In this document: positions 57,092-64,000 of the stretch, one piece after another
Layout: each line of letters starts with the position of its first letter
Position numbering within the stretch: the stretch's first letter is position 1
Assembly (NCBI GenBank): GCA_963768305.1
Contig: CAVYHE010000008.1
Location: forward strand, 194,001 to 258,000
Direction: 5' to 3'
Source of the DNA: an uncultured bacterium
Lineage (GTDB): Bacteria > Margulisbacteria > WOR-1 > CAVSGV01
DNA length: 64,000 nt
Notes under the pieces: model-generated
What the model saw: the letters and a program-made list of their open reading frames with translations, nothing else
Told to the model about the DNA's origin: nothing
The model's database searches: none
Program-made: the position numbers and the translations under genes

Positions 57092-58390
57092 ATGAAAGTC
57101 GGCGTAATATCTCTAGGATGCCCAAAAAATCTCACCGATACCGAAGCCGTCCTCGGGCTTCTGGTCGATTCAGGCTACGAATTAACGAACAATAAGAACG
57201 AAGCCGAAATAATGATAATAAATACCTGCGCTTTCATCGGCGACGCAAGGGATGAAGCTTACAAGATCATAAAAGAGATATCAAAGCTTAAGTCAAAAGG
57301 AAAACTGAAATTCCTGGTCGTCGCGGGATGCCTGCCGAAAAGATACAAGAACGAGCTTTTTGATAAATTCGAGGAGATCGACGCTATTGTCGGGCCGGGG
57401 CAGATCGACAAGATCATTTACATCCTCAGGAATTTGGGCCACAAAAAAAAGATATCGCTCCTTGAAGGAACCCACTGCCTTTTCACCCATAAGACGCCGA
57501 GGATCAAGGCAACTCCGAATTATTATGCCTATATCAAGATCGCTGACGGATGTAATAATCGATGCTCATACTGCATTGTTCCAAGCTTGAGAGGCAAATA
57601 TCAAAGCCGGCCGATGGCCTCGATAGTCAGCGAAGTAAAAGATCTGGTTCGAAAAGGTCTGAAAGAAGCCATTCTGGTCGCGCAGGACACGACCATGTAC
57701 GGAACAGACCTGTATGGAAAGCCCTCTTTACATATTCTATGCAAAAAACTTGCCCGAATAAGCGGATTGAAATGGATCCGTATAATGTACGCGCATCCCA
57801 AACATGTTACGTATGAACTTATCGAAGTGATGGCAAAAGAGCCAAAAATTTGCAAGTATCTTGACTTGCCTATACAGCATTCCTGTGATAAGATTTTAAA
57901 GTCCATGAGGCGGAGGATATCCGCTGAAAAGCTCAGGAATTTGATCGAAAAGTTAAGGAGGAAAATACCCGGGATAGCGATAAGGACATCCGTCATCGTC
58001 GGTTATCCCGGAGAGACAGTTCCCGATTTTAACAAATTGATTTCGTTCATTAAGGAAGAGAGGTTTGAGAGACTGGGAGTATTCAAGTACAGCAGGGAAT
58101 CAGGCACTCCCGCGGCCAAATTGGGGGATCAAGTTGGCGGGCGGATAAAAGACCAGAGGTTTCATAAGTTAATGCGCTTGCAGCGCGAGATTTCCAGAAA
58201 GTCTCTGAAAAATATGATAGGAAAAGTGATAGAAGTCATATCGGAAGGAAGGCTAGGGCGGTCCTACATGGACGCCCCGGAGATCGACGGCGTTGTCAAG
58301 ATGGATAAATATGTCCCGAACGGGAAGATCGTGTCTGTGAAAATTACGGGGTCAGGCCCGTATGATCTTTCCGGCGCCGTTTTTACTTGA
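57092..58390 (+). CDS. rimO: ribosomal protein S12 methylthiotransferase RimO (MiaB-family radical SAM)
   Basis: MTTase N-domain Cys residues (ISLGCPKN, NTCAF), radical-SAM motif CNNRCSYC and a C-terminal TRAM domain. Confidence 0.85.
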   Translation: MKVGVISLGCPKNLTDTEAVLGLLVDSGYELTNNKNEAEIMIINTCAFIGDARDEAYKIIKEISKLKSKGKLKFLVVAGCLPKRYKNELFDKFEEIDAIVGPGQIDKIIYILRNLGHKKKISLLEGTHCLFTHKTPRIKATPNYYAYIKIADGCNNRCSYCIVPSLRGKYQSRPMASIVSEVKDLVRKGLKEAILVAQDTTMYGTDLYGKPSLHILCKKLARISGLKWIRIMYAHPKHVTYELIEVMAKEPKICKYLDLPIQHSCDKILKSMRRRISAEKLRNLIEKLRRKIPGIAIRTSVIVGYPGETVPDFNKLISFIKEERFERLGVFKYSRESGTPAAKLGDQVGGRIKDQRFHKLMRLQREISRKSLKNMIGKVIEVISEGRLGRSYMDAPEIDGVVKMDKYVPNGKIVSVKITGSGPYDLSGAVFT

Positions 58391-58902
58391 ACCTGCCTAA
58401 TTCCGTAACTTTTTTAAGAATACTTTTAATCCCCCTGCTGGTCTACTTTTTGCTCTCGCCTCATATTCCTAATGGCAATATCATTGCTGTAGTTATTTTC
58501 GGCATTGTAGCTGCTTCCGACGCCCTGGACGGGTATCTTGCCAGGAAGCTGAAGCAGGAAACGGTCATCGGGAAGATATTCGATCCCGTTGCAGACAAGA
58601 TACTTGTGTTATCCGCTTTGCTTTGTTTGGTTGAACTTGGAAGAGTTTCGTCTATACCTGTGATGTTGATAATCGCGAGAGATTTTGCGGTGACAGGACT
58701 CCGGATAGCGGCCGGCTCCTCCGGCAAGATAATTGCTGCTGATAAAATGGGCAAATACAAGGCAGCCTTGCTTGATGTAGCAGCCGGCATATTGATCCTG
58801 AACTGGCCCTACGGGAACCTGATCTTATGGATGGGCGTCATACTGGCGGTAATATCGGGGATCGATTATTTTATTAAAAATAGGGGTATCTTTAATGGGT
58901 GA
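58387..58902 (+). CDS. pgsA: CDP-diacylglycerol--glycerol-3-phosphate 3-phosphatidyltransferase
   Basis: CDP-alcohol phosphatidyltransferase motif D-x2-DG-x2-AR...G-x3-D-x3-D (ASDALDGYLARKL...FDPVADKI). Confidence 0.85.
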   Translation: MNLPNSVTFLRILLIPLLVYFLLSPHIPNGNIIAVVIFGIVAASDALDGYLARKLKQETVIGKIFDPVADKILVLSALLCLVELGRVSSIPVMLIIARDFAVTGLRIAAGSSGKIIAADKMGKYKAALLDVAAGILILNWPYGNLILWMGVILAVISGIDYFIKNRGIFNG

Positions 58903-59446
58903 GTCGGAAGTCAAGCTTGAGGACTTTTTTACCCGCGTCCTTTCCGTCATTGGAAAGACAACCGAGGTGGAAGTCGCGGAGCTTTTGAAAAAGGCGAAAA
59001 AGACCGTCGCTGTGGCGGAATCGCTCACCGGGGGATCCATCTCAAGCAAGCTTACAAGCCAGCCTGGAAGCTCGGAATTCTTTGTGGGCGGGATCATTGC
59101 CTACAATAACAGAATAAAAGTAATGGAGTTGGGCGTTCCGGCGAATATCATTGCGCATGAAAGCCCGGTCAGCAAAGAGGTGGCTATCGTGATGGCCGAG
59201 GGGATAAGAAAAAGATACCGGGCTGATATCGGACTTTCGGCAACGGGAGTAGCGGGTCCAACCGGCACTACGCCGCCAAAGCCGATCGGTCTTGTTTACA
59301 TAGGCCTTGCGTCTGACCAGGGAACGGTTTTCAAGGAGCTACAGCTTTCGGGCGGACGCAGCGAAATACGGGAAAAAGCCGCCGCTGCCGCACTTGGCTT
59401 GCTCTGGCTGCATTTAGGCGGAGAAGAGGCATTGAATAAAGTTTAA
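58895..59446 (+). CDS. cinA: CinA C-terminal domain protein (nicotinamide-nucleotide amidohydrolase PncC-like)
   Basis: VAVAESLTGGSISSKLTSQPGSSEFFVGGIIAYNN signature. Confidence 0.85.
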   Translation: MGESEVKLEDFFTRVLSVIGKTTEVEVAELLKKAKKTVAVAESLTGGSISSKLTSQPGSSEFFVGGIIAYNNRIKVMELGVPANIIAHESPVSKEVAIVMAEGIRKRYRADIGLSATGVAGPTGTTPPKPIGLVYIGLASDQGTVFKELQLSGGRSEIREKAAAAALGLLWLHLGGEEALNKV

Positions 59447-59541
59447 TGAATATTGGGGAGTAGACCCGAAGGGTCGTTGAGGGGCTTGCCCCTCAAGTAA
59501 CGAGAGTTAGAGCAAAGTAACAACAAAGGAGGAGTAATAAT

Positions 59542-60567
59542 ATGGCAGACGAAAAAAAGAAAGCATTGGAAATGGCGATAACGCAGATAGAAAAGAACTG
59601 CGGCAAGGGTTCCATAATGAGAATGGACAAGGCGTCAAAGATGGACGTGGAGGTGATCCCGTCCGGGGTGTTCGCTCTTGATGCCGCTCTGGGAGTGGGC
59701 GGATTCCCGAAAGGAAGGATAATCGAGATATACGGGCCCGAAGGCGGCGGAAAAACCACCGTTTCGCTCCAGGCAATAGCCGAAGCGCAGAAACGGGGAG
59801 GCATTGCGGCGTTCATCGATGCCGAGCATGCACTTTCTCCGGTATATGCAAAAAAACTCGGCGTTGATATTAACAATCTTCTCATATCTCAACCTGACTA
59901 CGGTGAGCAGGCACTGGAGATAGCTGAAACTTTGATCAGGTCTGGAGCCGTCGATATCATAGTTGTCGATTCGGTCGCCGCCTTAGTTCCGAAAGCGGAG
60001 ATCGAGGGAGAGATGGGAGATTTCCAGGTAGGCCTTCAGGCAAGGTTGATGTCAAAGGCGCTAAGAAAATTGACCGCGGTCATCAGCAAGGGGAAGACCG
60101 TAATGATCTTCATCAACCAGCTGAGGGAAAAGATCGGGATAATGTTCGGCAATCCCGAAGTCACGCCGGGCGGCAGAGCGCTGAAATTCTATTCTTCGGT
60201 CCGGCTGGAAGTAAGGGCAAGTGAAAAGATAAAGGATGCGGACAGGATAATAGGGACAAAGGTGAAAGTGAAGGTAGTGAAGAATAAGGTGGCACCTCCT
60301 TTCAGGGAAGCTTTCTTCACACTGATACACGGGGAAGGCATTTCAAAGGGCGCGGACATCCTTGACAGTTCCATTGCCGCAGGGATAGCGGAAAAGAGCG
60401 GCGCATGGTTCACTTATAAAGGGGAGAAGATAGGACAGGGATGGGAGAACAGCGTGAAAATACTGGAAGAGAACAGGGAGCTTGCGAAAAAAATGGAAAG
60501 CGACCTTAGGAAATACGTTTTGAACCCGGGAAAACCAGCGGTAGTGGCGGAAACGAAGAAGAAATAA
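59542..60567 (+). CDS. recA: recombinase RecA
   Basis: Walker [11 protein letters not shown]1/L2 loops and full-length RecA homology. Confidence 0.92.
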   Translation: MADEKKKALEMAITQIEKNCGKGSIMRMDKASKMDVEVIPSGVFALDAALGVGGFPKGRIIEIYGPEGGGKTTVSLQAIAEAQKRGGIAAFIDAEHALSPVYAKKLGVDINNLLISQPDYGEQALEIAETLIRSGAVDIIVVDSVAALVPKAEIEGEMGDFQVGLQARLMSKALRKLTAVISKGKTVMIFINQLREKIGIMFGNPEVTPGGRALKFYSSVRLEVRASEKIKDADRIIGTKVKVKVVKNKVAPPFREAFFTLIHGEGISKGADILDSSIAAGIAEKSGAWFTYKGEKIGQGWENSVKILEENRELAKKMESDLRKYVLNPGKPAVVAETKKK

Positions 60568-60603
60568 CGGACACTGGCGCGTAATAGAAGGAGGATGAGT
60601 TAA

Positions 60604-62151
60604 ATGAATTTAGCGAGCTTTATCTACAGCACGGTGCTCGCTGTCATCGTATTCGCGATGTTCGTCGCGTATATCATGATCAGAAGGAGCATGGCGGAGC
60701 AGAAGATCCGCGTGGCACAGGAAACGGCGAAGCGGATCCTGGAGGACGCAAAGCGCGACGCCGAGACAAAAAGACGGGAAGCGATACTGGAGGCAAAAGA
60801 TGAGTCACTGAAATTAAGGCAGGAATTCGATAAGGAGACGAAGGAAAGAAAAGCGGAGCTTTTCAACCTGGAAAAAAGGCTTCTACAGCGCGAAGAGAGC
60901 ATGGACGCGCGTGAGAAAAATGTCGAAGAGGCCAAGAAAAAATTGGTCTCCGCGGAAGCCGACATCGCAAAAATGCGGGTGCTTCTGGAAGAATTGAGAG
61001 TTCAGCATGTTAAAGAGCTGGAAAAAGTTTCCGGCTTGACCAGGGAGGAAGGTATCAAGACCCTTTTAAAGAACCTGGAAAAGGACATGGACAGGGAAGC
61101 AGCTCTTCTGATAAAGGCGAAGGAAGAACAGATGAAAAAGGACGCGGACAAGATGGCGAAAGAGATATTATCCACCGCCATCCAGCGCTGCGCCGTGGAC
61201 CATGTCGTGGAATCCACAATTACCGTGGTCGAGCTTCCGAACGATGAAATGAAAGGGCGCATTATCGGGCGTGAAGGAAGGAATATCCGCGCGTTCGAAA
61301 CATTGACAGGTGTTGATCTGATAGTGGATGACACGCCGGGAGCAGTTATCATATCGGGTTTTGATCCGGTAAGAAGGGAAACCGCCAGATTGACTTTGAC
61401 AAAACTTATCGCCGACGGAAGGATCCATCCGGCGAGAGTCGAAGAAATGTATAATAAGTCGAAGGAAGAACTGAAAGCTGCCATGTGGGAGCATGGTGAA
61501 AAGGCCACATTTGAAGCGGATGTCCACGGCCTGCCTCCGGTCTTGATCCAGATGCTCGGGAGATTGAGGTACAGGACCAGCTACGGACAGAATGTTCTTC
61601 AGCATTCAGTAGAGGTCGCGAAGATCTCCGGAATGATCGCGGCAGAACTTGGCGTTAATGTGAAGCTGGCAAAAAGGGCCGGACTTCTCCATGACATAGG
61701 AAAGGCCATTGATCAGGAATCCGAAGGGACACATACAAAACTTGGCGTTACGTTCGCCCAGAAAGCGGGCGAATCGCCGGAAGTCCTTCACGCCATAGCC
61801 GCACATCACGGCGACGAACCGGCGCGCACCGCCGAAGCGGTCATAGTGGCCGTGGCTGACGCCATATCGGCTTCAAGGCCGGGCGCGAGGCGCGACACTC
61901 TGGAAGCTTACATAAAGAGGCTGGAAAACCTGGAGAAAGTCGCCTGCTCGTTTGAGGGAGTTGAAAAATGCTTCGCCATTCAGGCCGGAAGAGAAGTAAG
62001 GATAATGGTCCAGCCGGACAAGCTTGACGACCTTATGTCGACAAAACTCGCGCACGATGTCGCAAGGAAGATCGAAGCTGAGCTGGATTACCCGGGCGAA
62101 GTAAAAGTGACGGTCATAAGGGAGACCAGGGCGACGGATACCGCAAAATGA
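60604..62151 (+). CDS. rny: ribonuclease Y
   Basis: N-terminal transmembrane helix, coiled-coil, KH domain ([15 protein letters not shown]) and HD domain (LLHDIGKA...HHG). Confidence 0.9.
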   Translation: MNLASFIYSTVLAVIVFAMFVAYIMIRRSMAEQKIRVAQETAKRILEDAKRDAETKRREAILEAKDESLKLRQEFDKETKERKAELFNLEKRLLQREESMDAREKNVEEAKKKLVSAEADIAKMRVLLEELRVQHVKELEKVSGLTREEGIKTLLKNLEKDMDREAALLIKAKEEQMKKDADKMAKEILSTAIQRCAVDHVVESTITVVELPNDEMKGRIIGREGRNIRAFETLTGVDLIVDDTPGAVIISGFDPVRRETARLTLTKLIADGRIHPARVEEMYNKSKEELKAAMWEHGEKATFEADVHGLPPVLIQMLGRLRYRTSYGQNVLQHSVEVAKISGMIAAELGVNVKLAKRAGLLHDIGKAIDQESEGTHTKLGVTFAQKAGESPEVLHAIAAHHGDEPARTAEAVIVAVADAISASRPGARRDTLEAYIKRLENLEKVACSFEGVEKCFAIQAGREVRIMVQPDKLDDLMSTKLAHDVARKIEAELDYPGEVKVTVIRETRATDTAK

Positions 62152-62957
62152 AGATACTATTCATAGGGGACATAATCGGGCGGCCGGGGCGCACGATCAC
62201 CGCGAGCCTACTGCCGGAGCTGAAAAAGGAGTTCTCGCCTGACGTCGTGATAGCGAATGGGGAGAATTCTGCAGCGGGAGTAGGCATCACTAAAAAGGTT
62301 TATGACGAGCTGATGGACATGGGCATTGACGTCATAACCATGGGGAACCACATCTGGGACAGGAAAGAATTCCTGCCGGACATCGCGTCCTGCCCCAACC
62401 TTGTGAGGCCCGCGAATTATCCCGAAGGCGTCCCTGGAAAAGGCTATGATGTTTATTCATCGAAAGGGATAAAGTACGGGGTAGTTAATCTGGTCGGGCG
62501 CGTTTTCATGTCCTGCATAAACGATCCGTTCCAGACGGCGAATGATATTGTTCAAAAAATTAAGCATGAAACCCATATCATATTCATTGATTTTCACGGA
62601 GAGGCGACATCGGAGAAGAACGCGCTCGCGTGGTATCTGGACGGAAAAGTTTCCGCCGTGATAGGGACGCACACCCATATCCAGACCGCTGATGAAAGGA
62701 TACTCCCGAAAGGAACGGCGTTCATCACGGACGCCGGAATGGTGGGCGCTTATGATTCGATCATAGGCGTGCAAAAGGAGCAGATAATCAAGAGATTTCT
62801 ACTTTCCATGCCCGAGCGTTTCGAGCCGGAAGACAAAGGCCCCGGCATCTTCAACGGGCTTGTCATTGATATTGACGAAAGCGGAAAGGCCAGAGAGATA
62901 AAGAGGATTTACAAGGTCATACCGGACATGGGGAACATAGCGAAGCAAGAGAGTTAG
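62148..62957 (+). CDS. ymdB: YmdB-family metallophosphoesterase (2',3'-cyclic nucleotide phosphodiesterase)
   Basis: [15 protein letters not shown]...ANGENSAAG...GNHIWD metallophosphatase motifs. Conserved synteny downstream of rny. Confidence 0.88.
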   Translation: MKILFIGDIIGRPGRTITASLLPELKKEFSPDVVIANGENSAAGVGITKKVYDELMDMGIDVITMGNHIWDRKEFLPDIASCPNLVRPANYPEGVPGKGYDVYSSKGIKYGVVNLVGRVFMSCINDPFQTANDIVQKIKHETHIIFIDFHGEATSEKNALAWYLDGKVSAVIGTHTHIQTADERILPKGTAFITDAGMVGAYDSIIGVQKEQIIKRFLLSMPERFEPEDKGPGIFNGLVIDIDESGKAREIKRIYKVIPDMGNIAKQES

Positions 62958-63006
62958 GTTTTCGAAAAACATCTCCCATCCCTTTCAAAATATTTTCACC
63001 AAAAAG

Positions 63007-63034
63007 TGAAATTCCCGCACAAAACTGCCGATAA
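63007..63034 (+). promoter_or_regulatory. SigD/FliA-type promoter (TGAAA-N17-GCCGATAA) of the LRR protein gene
   Basis: GTGAAATTCCCGCACAAAACTGCCGATAATGG followed by an AGGAGG Shine-Dalgarno and the ATG at 63053. Confidence 0.55.
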
Positions 63035-63052
63035 TGGCACAGGAGGAACTAT

Positions 63053-63544
63053 ATGTCCGTATTTAAGATATTTAGAGGATTAATTCCATTTAAGAAAGTG
63101 TCCGGCGGTCTTGATGCTGGGAAACACCAGCTGCATTCTCAACATACGCTAAGATATCTAAATACTTTGTCCGGTACCATACTAGGCCTCAGTATCAAGG
63201 ATAATTCAGAAAATGCGAAGACGGATATTTTAAGTAAATTTACAAAACTTCGATCCTTGACCATTTCTTGCCGTTTTGTTCATTATATTAATATTTTGAA
63301 AAAATTAGAGTATTTGGAGAATGTATGCATATATGATACTCCATTAAAAAGCCTGGAAATGTTAAGGAATCACGAAAAGATCAGGAACTTAACATTAAAA
63401 AATACTTATGTGGCAGATCTTGAACCTTTAAAGAATTGTCCAAATTTAATGTCATTACGGTTAGAAGGTAATCGTTATCTTACTAAACAGCAAATTGAAT
63501 CGCTAAGAAAAATGCTCCCGAAATGTGAAATAAAGACCTTTTGA
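63053..63544 (+). CDS. small leucine-rich-repeat (LRR) protein
   Basis: 163 aa, AT-rich. LRR consensus segments (LRSLTISC..., IRNLTLKNTYVADLEPLKNCPNLMSLRLEGN). Confidence 0.65.
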   Translation: MSVFKIFRGLIPFKKVSGGLDAGKHQLHSQHTLRYLNTLSGTILGLSIKDNSENAKTDILSKFTKLRSLTISCRFVHYINILKKLEYLENVCIYDTPLKSLEMLRNHEKIRNLTLKNTYVADLEPLKNCPNLMSLRLEGNRYLTKQQIESLRKMLPKCEIKTF

Positions 63545-63610
63545 TGTTCATGTGGCGAGGGCCTGATAGGGGATCGATCATTATTTAAATCTGGCAGGTG
63601 AAAAAATAAT

Positions 63611-64000
63611 ATGACAACATCAGACACTACTTCGATCGGCAATAAAGTCAACGCCTACGGCGCTAAATCCGCGACTGCCGGAATAGCGACTCAGCTGGAT
63701 AAAGCCTTCAAAGTTTGCGGGGATTTTCCGTTTTCCCGCGAATATGTCCGGGGTCTCCTGGCTAACGGCCAAGTTTCCTTAAAAGAAATGGAACAGCTCC
63801 AAAATAAACATCTCGGCCCTGACGGATTATATGCGCTTTTAGTTTACTCTTTGGCCAGAAAGACCATTAAAAAGGGGTTAATTTCCGCCCATTATCTTCC
63901 TTATCTTAAGACAATGGCCAATCAAATACTGAATGGCCGCCTTCATTGTAAAAGATCCAACGCCTCATTTGCCGGAGCCAGTGTTGATGCAATATTCGAT
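63611..64000 (+). CDS. hypothetical protein, 3'-truncated by window end
   Basis: ATG at 63611. The open frame runs to the window edge (at least 130 aa). No recognisable domain. Confidence 0.4.
   Translation, partial: MTTSDTTSIGNKVNAYGAKSATAGIATQLDKAFKVCGDFPFSREYVRGLLANGQVSLKEMEQLQNKHLGPDGLYALLVYSLARKTIKKGLISAHYLPYLKTMANQILNGRLHCKRSNASFAGASVDAIFD

Overview
This 64 kb window is bacterial chromosome, probably from an uncultivated, metagenome-assembled lineage with Firmicutes-like synteny, and is mostly housekeeping genes. The Firmicutes-like gene orders are dgt-dnaG-rpoD, cinA-recA-rny-ymdB, argC-argJ-argB, secD-secF and tgt-queA.

The housekeeping genes include ppsA, ppdK, leuS, ftsK, lysC, plsY, rimO, pgsA, rsmI and an iron/B12-type ABC importer. 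There are eight intact tRNAs: Ala-GGC, Glu-TTC, Pro-CGG, Val-TAC, Val-CAC, Met-CAT and Pro-GGG. No rRNA or CRISPR array was found.

The most interesting signal is a set of ten nearly identical alternative-sigma-type promoters (TGAAA-N17-CGATAA/T, N16 in one case), which exactly match the sigma-28/SigD (FliA) architecture. Nine sit in front of otherwise unannotatable genes: a decaying tandem array of four paralogous genes of unknown function (34.2-37.7 kb), a second three-member paralog family ending in a conserved W-I/Q-K/Q-ITPGLEPL motif (40.1-42.0 kb), two orphan hypotheticals and a small leucine-rich-repeat protein. The tenth is in front of rpoD itself. Canonical TTGACA-N17-TATAAT promoters drive ppsA, ppdK and the dgt operon, so this motif is not the housekeeping promoter.

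Other notable features are a sharply AT-rich inserted island encoding a Dam-class N6-adenine methyltransferase plus an EcoRI-family restriction endonuclease, and a tRNA-Pro(GGG) gene flanked by two decayed partial copies interrupted by about 60-nt hairpin inserts. There is also a duplicated tRNA-Pro(CGG) 3' end (att-scar-like), a response regulator with a degenerate sigma-54-activator ATPase domain, an AMMECR1/Memo pair, and a bactofilin plus M23 peptidase pair.

Many conserved genes (glmM-like, FAH, a tRNA-binding protein, ppsA, ppdK, rpoD, rsmI, lysC twice, and the paralog array) are split by single-nucleotide frameshifts. The density and type point to assembly or sequencing indels rather than real pseudogenes. 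The ORF track is therefore misleading for those genes, and I have merged the fragments.
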